64,000 nt of DNA from assembly GCF_964204645.1 (NCBI RefSeq), contig NC_134027.1, positions 4,248,485-4,312,484 of the forward strand. The letters are read 5' to 3'. Position numbers and translations under genes: made by a program. The DNA is from Tubulanus polymorphus. Taxonomy: Eukaryota; Animalia; Nemertea. Numbering within the stretch: the first letter of the stretch is position 1; the number at the start of each line of letters is the position of its first letter. Below the pieces are notes generated by a model, which ran no database searches, was not told the origin of the DNA, and saw nothing but the letters and a program-made list of their open reading frames with translations. Below, in pieces: positions 1-15,725 of this stretch.

Positions 1-132
1 ACACAATATTGTAGCGAAAAGCAACAAAACCAATTCTTGCCACGGTTTAACGTTATACATGTATATATAGGAACCTTGACTGATGTCTTTTTTAGTTGCG
101 AAAACGTGGATGGAATCAATATCAACTGCAGT

Positions 133-363
133 CAGACCCGGGCCGAGTTTTATCGAGGAGCAGTTCTATTTCAAGAAAAATGGCACTCTGTGAAAAGGAA
201 TAGATCTGGCCTATTGAGAAAAGGACAGATCTTATGGATTACTTTTCATTTTCAAAAAAATTATGTCCAAATTTCGAAATATTTTTACACATTTGACTTT
301 TTGAAGGCGCAGAAAATTTTAGGGGTTCGCTCGCTACCCCTGAACCCCCTCGGCACGGGCCTG
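133..363. mobile_element. MITE-like non-autonomous DNA element with ~15-bp imperfect terminal inverted repeats
   Basis: Left end CAGACCCGGGCCGAG (133-147) matches the reverse complement of the right end (349-363, CAGGCCCGTGCCGAG) at 13/15. There is a GC-rich subterminal GGGGTTC...GAACCCC hairpin in an AT-rich background. No clear target-site duplication. Confidence 0.55.
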
Positions 364-2524
364 TCATCATTACAATAGCTGCATAGGGTGTACAAGACAA
401 CAAATAATTAGATAATCTAATGTACATGCAGCCACATGTTCATGTATTCATAGACAGACCCAGGTTTAACCTTGACATATATTAGTTCAACGGTTTATTA
501 GCCACAAAGAAACCTGTTCGTTATATGTCGAAATATTGAAAAATCTAGACACTTCTGAAGTGATGGGGGTGAAAAACTTCAATAAACATTACGAAATAAC
601 CGATCTTTGTTTCTTTTAGGAACAATTTATCAAGGATGAATGTATATTCTAGAGAACGATTTCTTTTAATCAACTTCCACTGCCCGACATGACAAGAGTT
701 CAAACGGGGTTTGTTCATAGAAGATACAGTGCAATAAGCGGAGAGAATGAAATGAAGTTTTCACAGTTATCATATATATTATCTACACTATTATACACAA
801 ACCATCCTGAGCATATAGAAATATTCACGATAATGCCACAATGAAAGTCAACCGAAAGAAAGCTTCTTCCGTTTCCTTCGTTAAAATCTATGAAGATGAA
901 ACGTTTAGAAATTAATTTCTATTCTCTAAATTCACAACATCAACGACGATTGACTTAATAATGTTAGAATGTGTACGGAAAAATAATAAAATTGTGATAA
1001 ATAGCAATTTATAATTTTTTCAATCACGTGGGATTCTATGAATTCTATGTAACACATGAAAAAACTTATATCTATTTGAACGCATTTAAAAAATATACAA
1101 CAAGAATCAAATCTCAGTCTAGCATTTCTTTGAAAAAATATCAAACTCAAATACATCAACCCACAAATTTGTTCATTAACTAATCTGATGAGACATGTGA
1201 AATGAGGTAGAACCTGAACTTATTTAGATATACACACAAAATAGTGCTGCTATTTTCAATCATTTCTTTGAAGTTTGATGATAACATTCTATTATTCCAA
1301 TTACAAATATTAACTAATGGATATTATTAGTCGTGCCAAAAAATATTTCTATGATACTCGATGCGATGAGATCAATATCAACAAATATCAACCATGCTGC
1401 CAATACCTAAAACACTGCAAGCAGAAATCTCTAAACTCAATTCATCAATGAGAATAGAATTGATCCTGATCAACCACTGCAACTTCAATCTGTTATTACA
1501 TGTACATTATTAGAAATTTGGGCGTTTTGATTTTGCTTGAAACCTCTTCGGTGACAGGTAAATACATTGTACTTCCCTCAAACAATATTGAATGAAGAAA
1601 ATAATCCAATTCAGGTTGACTACATAGAATATGTAAAATCATTCAAATAATCTTACCCTCACTTTATTGATTAAGTAGTACAAGCTGAATGGGTCTTCAT
1701 GCGTAAAGTATCACAATATGATCTGGACTTATTGGTAAACCACGCACTATTGTTACAAAACCTTTCAAACCAAAGAGCAAACGGAAACTATGAAGATAAA
1801 TCAATAAGTCATCTACCAGCCCTGTCTGATGAGACATGTCTGAACTAATACTATCACTATTTCTAAGAAATATCTTTACGATATCTACATGTCGGTAACC
1901 CATTTTGTGGAGGTGCAGCCATCGTCAATCCCCAGTTTATTCCTGTAAAATTATTGTATTTTCCTGCACAAAATAAAAAGCTGTAGCAAGCATCACATAC
2001 GTGTAAATGTAATATTCAACAATATATCAACAAACAGACAACAAAAACCGTTGCTATAAAAACGATACAAGCACCAATTGTTGCTCTTCTAAACCAAACC
2101 AAAATGGACCAAAAAATAACCGTTAAAATTTGTGTCGCTCGAATTTGACGATCATAAGACATATGATGACTATTCAACGGGATTGAAAAACGAAAAGAAA
2201 TCTGCAATTACATGTACTTTTACTGAATTTTTTTTTGTTTTCATGTAAGTTTGAGCCAGCTCAATTGAATATGTATTCACCAAATTATCATACTTATGAT
2301 AATAATAATAATATACACAATCTTCTACATGCATTTTCTCGGTAATAATTTTATGAATATATCATTATAAAACATACAGGCTATTGAATCCACTCACAGA
2401 CAACGAAAAAAAAAAAAAAAAAAATAATGGAAAAATACCTCGCTTTCAAACTCTAAATTACCGTTCATCTGAGATGGTGATTCCAGTCCATAGTTGTATT
2501 GATGATGTTAACTAATTAATTTTA

Positions 2525-5500
2525 TCAAATATAGTAACGATATAACATATATCCACCCATCAATATAGACAATGTCAGTCCGAGACCGACGTATATTGTC
2601 TGCCATGATTTCGGTTTAGGTCGACGAGGTATATTCATTCTGTCACGGGCTTTCTTCATACGTTCGAGCTGTTCCTCAGTGTTTTTAGTCATTTCTTCTT
2701 TCTTACGACGTTGTACAACTCTGCGAATTGAAATAGAATTCAGCTTAAATGTATTTTTGAGCAAGTTTCTTTTTTTAGACGCAACCGACATATGCTGATT
2801 TTGTTACTGACAGGGGCAAGTCGCACATCGCAAATCAACCTATGCCCGCCTCAAGATCAAACTACATGTATTCTAAGGTCATATAAGACCTACCCCGATG
2901 TAAAAAATGGAACACGTCCTTTACTAATGATTGTGCTTCTGACTGGTCAATGTAAATGACCTTAAGACTCAGCATAATCATGTCACAACGATCGTTAAGA
3001 TCTGATAAGTGACCTAAGTTGACTCGACTAATGGAACACAACTGTTGCAAGCTACCCACAAATTCCTAAATACAATACGTCACAAAAACTATCAACTTAT
3101 GTACAAACCTTTCTTCTCCTTCAATCAATGATTTCTTCTCTTCCTCATTGACATGTAAAGAATCGTACCGCGGTGGTACCGGTGGTACAGTTGAAGGCGG
3201 TTGCTGTGATATCAAATATGTACGTGGTGGTATAGGAGGTGGAACGCTGTCATCGTCATCATCATCTTCTTCACTTTCGGTCATTATTATGACCTCTTCG
3301 TCTTCATCGTCGCCATCGCTACTCGATTCTTCGACTGCTAACATTCGTTTCGGAGGTTTTGGTGGAGGTTCGTGATCGAACTTGAAAGAAAAATTAAAAA
3401 GAATTAACTCAACATCTCCACTTTCTAATACAGGGCTCTTTTACAGATCAGTCATTCCTGGATGTAAAAAAAAATCCTGGTCCAAACTGTAACAATCTAT
3501 GTGTAGTTTAATACTGTACAACTACAAACCAAACATTTATAATTGCCTCTCAAAATGAGTATTGAAGGAGTTTTGGGGATGTTGCTTAAATAAGAAGCAC
3601 CTTTGAAAACATTTTCTGTTTAAAAGGAGTTTTGAAAGGAATCAAAGAGTCGTAGAGTTTGTTATAAAAAAAATTAAATTAACATAATTAAAATGAATAT
3701 ATTTCTTTCTACACATCGCTTACCTCGTCAAAACTAGAGTTGAGGGACGACGATAAAATTCTCTTTCCTCCTTCTAAAACAGCGAGGTATGAAAATCGAA
3801 GTTGATCCGTAGTTTGTATTAAACCCATTCGATATTTGCGCATGTTCAGCAGTATTTTACGAATATCAATACAGTTCAGATCTCTGGTCTTCTCGATCTG
3901 GAAAAAAACAAAACGAAAGTGACAACTTTTTTGTGATTTTTATTGCTTTATTGACCGATCCTACAAATACAATGTTTATCTCTAGCCTCCTGAGATCTGG
4001 CAGTGCGGCTCGAAAGAAAAAATATAATCTATGGGGGAACCTCAAATTTGGTGCACACTCATTTCTTTCAAAGTCTTTTAAACTCAAGTGCATTGACAAG
4101 GAGTGTCAATCCAACTGCTAAACAAATCAAGCAACATTTGTTTGTTTTATATTCAGACTACTCACCATAATCAGGCAAGTATCGACTAAACAAAAAGTTC
4201 CAGAGCGTCCAATTCCTGCGCTGCAATGTATTACGCATGGTCCCACATCATTCTCAAGCGCTCCAGATCGTCGGACAGCCATTAGAAAATTCAAAAACGC
4301 AGCTGGAGACTGTGGAACTCCGAAATCAGGCCACGTCGTGTAATGAAAATGCAGCACTTCTTTTTTCTCTTTAGTCTAAAACATTCAATCCAAACTTGAA
4401 AGAATATCATTCATGATTAACAGATTTGGTAATGTCGAGATGATTTAAACTTACTTCTAAATGCTCTACTTCTAACTTTTGTATCGTATAATAAGAAAAC
4501 TCATTTTCATCTATGTAGCTAACTTGAATTGAAGCTTCAGGAAAAGTCATGACGTCTTCGTGTCCTACTGCAGAACCCAGGGGCCAATATTGATCGCATT
4601 TCAACTGAAAATACAATAAACTTACGTATATGAATCATCGTAATACAATGGATTATCAACAACTTAGAAAGCAAATCATCACTATGAACTTACATTTCCC
4701 CTTTCAATCACTCTATTCAACATAACGATTCCTTTTACATTCTGATCCCAAATCATCTGCCAATAATGAGCTGATGTGTTCCGTAAAGGTCCCTAGAATA
4801 CAACGGCATTCATGTAAAAATTCACTAAAATCACCTATAAAAAATCTAAACATCAATGGTAGTTTAATTCAGACTTTACGATAGACTCTAGAGAAAAATA
4901 CCAAATAACTGACTTTCAAATTTGCTTATATAGGCTAAGTAGTAGAATCCAAATGATCATAAATGAAATTGGAACCAATGAAAAAATTCATCCGAATTAC
5001 AAAAAATCTTCGATAAACATCATATTCTACATACTTTATATAGCATCCGGATAGAGATAGAATTCCGGATTAAACGGGTTTGACTGAATTTGAAATCTAC
5101 CTGTGTAAGAATATATCTCCTATTAGCTTCAGGGGCCTCGACTAAGCTAGCGTTGATATAGTCATTTTCTTCAGACGGTAAAATCACACGGCTGTGATCA
5201 TCTATAACGAACAACAAGAGATAAATTAAACCGGGGACACGATTAACCGCAGGAGTCCGGTACCCGGCAAGTTCCACACTTACATGGACTGACGTCTCTG
5301 TATCGATTACGCGATCTGTTTTCTGGACTACGGGCTACTTTAACCGTGAAATCATGATTCAGCGACGCTTCATTCCGAAGTCTCTAAAAACAAAAATGAA
5401 ACCGTCAATCGAGAATTTGAAAATGTGGGCGGATATAGAACCGCAAATCACTCCTACTGGTGATCAAAAATGTCAAAATCGACGGCAAAAAACTCACGTG

Positions 5501-5578
5501 GTAAACAATTTGCCAGGACCCATTCTTGTCGAACTCTTCTAATTCTCGCTCCAGTAAAGATAACCCTGAAGACTCCAT
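2525..5578 (-). CDS. PTPN1: Non-receptor protein tyrosine phosphatase, PTPN1/PTPN2 (PTP1B/TC-PTP, fly Ptp61F) co-orthologue, ~460 aa, C-terminal membrane anchor
   Basis: Nine GT-AG exons in continuous frame: 5578-5498, 5383-5284, 5201-5101, 4792-4694, 4604-4455, 4375-4166, 3897-3724, 3380-3109, 2720-2525 (1383 nt). N-terminus [26 protein letters not shown] resembles PTP1B. Motifs [51 protein letters not shown] and [15 protein letters not shown] are intact. Pro-rich PPPKPPKR follows the catalytic domain, and the protein ends in a hydrophobic tail ([23 protein letters not shown]). Confidence 0.95.
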
Positions 5579-6055
5579 CCTTTATGTTACACGGATAGTC
5601 GATAAAATGACATTTATCTGACATAAATATACGTCAACGAGAAGCACAAAAGCATGAATGAATAGCGTTCGCCTTTCCACGAAAAATATTAAAGCAAGGC
5701 ATATAGCCTTGACCTTTCATTAGTATACCGAATATAATCCTAGATGGCGCTGTGAAATCATAGAATCACAGCCCTTGGGCTTTTAGTGGACGTGTACAGC
5801 ATGGTATTTTGGTATTTTGTAACGTGTTCTTGTGTATATATTTATGTTATTCCAAGGAAATAAAGAATATTATTTTCAAAAAAGATTCGAGGCGGGGATG
5901 AGTCTAAGTCCGGTATCCGCCGATTACGCCTACCGCCTGGCAAACAAAATGGTGGACGTAAACAAATCAACAAATTAAACTTCGAACGTAGCGATCAAGC
6001 GTTGATCTTGCATTAACGAGGATATGTTGAATTAAAGAAAAGAGAAAAAATAACG
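5579..6055. promoter_or_regulatory. Putative bidirectional promoter between the PTPN1-like gene and the divergent uncharacterised gene
   Basis: The divergent ATGs at 5578 (-) and 6056 (+) are only 477 bp apart. The interval contains a CTCF-core-like CCTAGATGGCGCTG (5739-5752) and a YY1-like CAAAATGGTGG (5945-5955). Confidence 0.6.
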
Positions 6056-7788
6056 ATGGTAATCAAAAAGAAAAAGGGAAAAAAATCGAAGTACGTAAAA
6101 TCTTCATGCGGGCTGCAGTAGATCCCGTGAAAGATCCAATTTTAAGAATAGTCATGAATTCAATTAAGTTTTATTTAGATAACTTAATCTTAAACCAAAT
6201 ATTTTTAGAAAAGGCGTCAAATCTTCAGGAGGTGAAGATCGCAGCGCAACAGATGAACCTAATACGCTGATCTCCGCTGAAAATGGCTCTGACGTTGCTG
6301 AACCTTCTAAAAAGGGCAAGAAAGGAAAGAAAAAAGGAAAGAAGGGAAAGAAGTTATCAAAATCTGATAAAGCTCTGGTGCGTGTGACTTTCTTGTATGT
6401 TTCTCTAAATCATGAGGAAATTTTTAATATTACCAGTTTATGATTTCGGGGGATTTTTTTAAGAATAGGAGACACTAGAAAAAGCGTGCAACGCAATCAG
6501 AGAAGATACAGAAAAGTTTGATTTGTTCGTTGCGCGAATGGATAAATGGTTAAGTGGTGTGGCTCAGAAAGCTGTCGATTTACTCTGTCGATTTGACTTC
6601 GCTGGACAAGGAATTCTCAGTTTTGATGAATTCAAATCAGGTATAATTATGTAAATGTGCGGCTTTCAGTGAATTGTTTAGCTTTGCATACAACATCTCT
6701 AGGTGAAATTATTTTGTTTTCAGCGATGTATGATATGAATATACCATGCAATAGTACAGAGCTTCACTTGCTTTGTCAAATGCTGGATTATGAAGGCAGC
6801 ATGTCTATTGATTATACCAATTTATCTAAAGGATTGATGTATGAGAGGTACGTGTTCGATATGTTCAAATATCCGAGATTCTGTGAATACCTTAAGAAAT
6901 TGATGGATACGGTTTTGTGTTGTGAACATAGGGAAGATGAATCTGATGATGATGATGATGATGATTATGAAGAAGAAGGAACAGCGATAGCGATGGAAAC
7001 ACAAACAGAAGTAACTTCACCGCTTAGAGAAGTCAGATTATTGCCTCAAAATATTCCATTAGAACATTGTATATGCTGTCATATGGCACTGTGTGAACCT
7101 TACAAAGAGAAAAACCCAGGGTATGTTTAACATAGCGAGATGCAAAGAGTTTTAGAGCTCTGATAGAAACTGGTTTCAAATGAAACATGAATACAGGTAC
7201 TGTGTAGGTTGAATTATTTTTATTAGAAGTTACAAACTTTTGCTACTGGCGCGTAGTAGCTACATCAGGTAAATGTGCGATTTTGTCAATTACCAAATGA
7301 AACTACCATGCGCTAGTAGTGAAAGCTTGTAATTTCTAATAAAATCAGTTAACCTTCATTCAAAGTACCACCTGGTTTCATATAGATAGATACCACTGTG
7401 AACAATACATCTTTATTGGAACTAGATACATTGTACAACTCTTTTTTATAGGTACATAGAACTTCTGATGCGTCTGATAACATTTGAGAATCTGCGAGCG
7501 CACCCAGCTCATTTTAATCAGATTGTCCACGCTCACATACCGATACTCGGAATTTTGAAGATTGTTGAGAAAATAGCTGGCATTCAGTCGAGTAAACTGG
7601 CCGTTTTTACTGACAAATCACGAAATAAAGAAGCAATGCTCAGTCGCGATATGACGTTAGAGGAATGTGGATTTTATGGCGGCACAAAACAGAAACCAGA
7701 GGAATTACTGTTGTATTATGATTACACAGTAGAGTTTGTCAATTGTCCGATTCTGATGTGTGATCACTACTTTGGAGGAGAATCTTAA
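6056..7788 (+). CDS. Uncharacterised ~341-aa protein: Lys-rich N-terminus, EF-hand-like pair, acidic tract, probable ubiquitin-like C-terminal domain
   Basis: Six GT-AG exons in continuous frame: 6056-6090, 6209-6377, 6469-6640, 6724-6847, 6932-7120, 7452-7788 (1026 nt). Features: KKGKKGKKKGKKGKK, EF-loop-like DFAGQGILSFDEF and DYEGSMSIDY, poly-Asp, and C-terminal ...MTLEECGFYGG...LLYYDYTVEFVNCPILMCD. AATAAA at 7813-7818. Confidence 0.85.
7196..7369. mobile_element. Foldback/MITE-like imperfect inverted repeat in intron 5 of the uncharacterised gene
   Basis: The arm 7196-7265 (GGTACT...TTTATTAGAAGTTACAAACTTTTGCTACTGGCGCGTAGTAG) aligns with the reverse complement of 7297-7369 (GGTACT...TTTATTAGAAATTACAAGCTTTCACTACTAGCGCATGGTAG). 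The loop is ~30 nt. Confidence 0.7.
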
Positions 7789-10514
7789 CCATATTTACAA
7801 TCACTTTTTTATAATAAACATTTATTTATTGATGAAATTATTTGAGTTATCCGTCCACAGAACATATTATTTTGTAGCCAATGCAAATGTATTAAATTTG
7901 AATATTTTCAATTCTTGCTTCTGTTGCTTGAGGTCTTCTGAAATTTCCAGTAAATTAATATATTTCCAAGGTAAACGATTTACCTTGGGAAGGAGGAGTT
8001 TCATCTATCAATCACTTAACATGATCAACAGCCTCGCCCCATGCCAGCGTGACAAAAGTGAGGATGGCAGATCTTTAGAGTAGATTTGGACGAAGCAAGG
8101 AGAATGAACATGGGCCTACGTGGACTTTTTTTTACACACTGGACTTCATATTCCAACTGCACATTCATAGGTAGGCATTGTTACAATTTACAATTGGTAC
8201 ATTTTCCGCACCAAAAGTACTTACTACTCCAAACCATGTGCAAGTATCATTAATCACATAGAAAAACATTTTTTAATTTACAAATAATTTTTATTGCAAC
8301 ATTAATATATTACATAAACAATATACATAAAGTATTATTAAGAACGAAGGAATTTCCACTCGAGGAAAATTGTTCGTTTTATAGTCGTGAATCTGAACTC
8401 TTGAAATAACAAATATGTGCTAAATAAAATAGTTAGTGTGGGCAAAAAATAGTTCAATATATCGAGAAACATTTCATTTGCCACATTTGCAGTGTTTCCT
8501 CATTTCAGTAATGGATACCATTCCAGATTCTTCATTATTCTGTTACCGATTGTAGCAACGAGAATTGCACACGGATCATCACATAAGCAATTAGTTTTGA
8601 GTCAAGAATGAAACCATTAAGTAAGGACTTGAAGTTTGTGGTGCAAATTGTAACAGTGAACATATGAAACTTAATGATGTTCTACAAACTGGTCTCAATT
8701 CCATTCAATTCTGATCCATGTCTTTCATTAAATTAATGAGACCTTTACAAACTGAATTTACCGTTACCTTTTTAAGGAATATATTACTATCTGCAAGTTG
8801 GAATTGACCAAGCCATCATTAATCCATCTATGTTACACTATTTACAGTTGAATATCATTCATTTCTATTTCACATAATGCATATACAATTTGCATGTAAA
8901 ATCTGATACCATTTTGTCTAGTAGAAACGATGACTAAAAACGCCAAGAAAGGAAAGCAGGGCTTTAGGGCATCCTACTGTATTATAATCCACATAAACAT
9001 CTCTGTGATTAAAAAGCTCTACAATAGTTATGTATGCACATCTCATTCATTCACTCTTGGTTAAATTTTAGTGAGTTCACAACCACAATGAAATCAAATG
9101 TATGAATAATACCCAATATCGAACATTCATGTACATGTACTGTAGAACTATACTTCAGAATTTGAAAAACTATCCTTTAGGTAGGTTAAATATCAGAGGG
9201 AAAAATCATGACAATGTAGGTTATACGGGGAAACCTGGAAATCTTCATCAAGAACTCTGCATGTTGCTGTCATTGATTTCCAAATATCAAAAATGAAGTA
9301 AAAGTATCCAAGTAAGAAAGGTATTGATTCATACATTTGACAGCAGACATAAAACTATCCATTCTATCCATGTCTCAAAAGCAGTGAAACGTTAAAAGAT
9401 GACGGCATATCTCATTTCCAAAAAGTTTCCATATTTCACATTCCCAATACAGCATAGTATGCATTAGAGGATCAAGCCAGATTGAAATCTTATTTGTATC
9501 ATGTAAATTGAAATAACATACCTTCATGTCAGATGCATACTCTACTGTACTTCATTACAGAACAAATTGCTTTTGAAAACAAACTGCTTTTGAAAGACAA
9601 TAGGAAATATCATAAACACTAGGCTGGTCACATCCCAATCATATTCACACTCATAATTCTTTTGGTGAAAATAACTATGTGAAAATTTCATAATTGACAA
9701 TAATTACAATATGAACCTAAATAAATAAATTATTAGTGATGTATTTAAAAGCAACATTTCACTTTATCAAGTATTTACAAGAGATTTGCAATAAAGAATA
9801 AATACATAAACAGATGTAATCTCATTCAACTGAGAAAACTTCTGGTCTATGATCACGATTCCAAAATATGAAATATAGGACAACCAAACCACTTAACCAA
9901 CGCAAACCTTATCAATCGTATCAGGTATGAAGCCACATGCAGTTTTCCAAAAAATGTAAGCAGAACCGAACCACAAAAAACATCATAGCTTTCGTATGTT
10001 ACAATACAAAACTTGAAATACTAGTGAAGTGAAGTGAATAAGATCTGCATCTTTCTTGAAATACCAAGTATTTACAGACAAGTTGAATTCAACAATCCGA
10101 AAAAATCTACGCGTTCTGCAAATTTTACTGACACGCACATTGAAAGAACCTGAATGAAGGCACTTGGGACTAAATTGGGACTAAATTTCAAGTGTTAGGT
10201 ATTACTCTGCGCCAGTTTCTCCGCTGATTGAAATAAACTCTCAATGTATATGTTTTAAGCAGAAATGAGTAAGATGCAGGAAAGCAAAGTATATATTGCA
10301 ATTCAAGTATGATGTGTGTGAACTGTGCATTGAATACATACACAAATGTATGTACAATGTATGTTTTATTACACAAACCACCAGAATTATGCCATTCATT
10401 TGGCACTAAAATTGTCTATACGTCTATGTATTGATTATAATTCATCATCATTAGTATTAATATTAAAATATCACAATTTTGACTTGTTTTCGTAGCAATG
10501 AGCAAGCGTTCCTC

Positions 10515-15067
<4,553 letters not shown>

Positions 15068-15602
15068 ACTTGTATAAGGAATGTTTTCTGAAAAAGAAAA
15101 ACTAAACTTACAGTTTGTCAGGAGAGAGTAGCCTAGTTTTGAATTGATGCAACATTTTCGCTATTTGGTGCTACCTAAAATAGTGCTACAGTTGGTAGGT
15201 TCCTAAATTGTAGTCGAACAAGGTTTGTATCCGCAACAACAAATTAATTGCAGTGAGACTCAGACTGAGAGAGAGAGTACTGTAATATAACTTCCATTAT
15301 CATTTTTATAAGTTAAAACCCAGCAGGGGCCTAGCCTAGTTGGTAGTGTCGAACTCAACAAATAGTATATTACGTGAAGATTAGAAAAAACTAATTAATG
15401 GTGTCGGAATTCAAAAATTCTTATCTATGACGTAAATTATGACCCGAATCATGATCAACACCGTGATTAAGCGTTTGCGTGCTCTGTCTGGTAAAAATGC
15501 CAAAAACGAACGAATCTTCAAACATTTTACACATATGTTTTTTACCCTTATTCAAACTTAAAAGGGTAAGCAAGTACAGTTCAACTCTTCTGAAACATGT
15601 AA

Positions 15603-15725
15603 ACTTACCTATTGTGAGCTGATTCAAATGATTAGACGTGGCATCATTTCATAAAACACAACTAGACACAATTAATGACAGATAAGCGATATTTTGGCAA
15701 TCGCCATTTTATTCGTGTCACGTGA
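15603..15725 (-). promoter_or_regulatory. Probable non-coding first exon and core promoter of the WWP1-like gene
   Basis: On the minus strand, a consensus donor AG|GTAAGT at 15609/15608 can splice to the acceptor at 15088/15087 ahead of the ATG exon. YY1 motif AAAATGGCGA (15710-15701, minus) and E-box/CLEAR-like GTCACGTGA (15717-15725). Confidence 0.55.

Noticed and set aside
3066-3108. Alternative hydrophobic PTP C-terminus by intron 8 read-through ([13 protein letters not shown])
   Set aside because: T-rich intron starts translate as hydrophobic by default, and there is no independent support for a TC45/TC48-like isoform.
3148-3375. Gly/Ser-rich plus-strand ORF
   Set aside because: Antisense shadow of the Pro/Asp-rich PTP exon 8.
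6848-6931. In-frame, stop-free 84-nt segment read through in ORF 6657..7130
   Set aside because: It has canonical GTACGT...ATAG boundaries and typical intron size for this locus, so it is treated as an intron. Retention is possible but unsupported.
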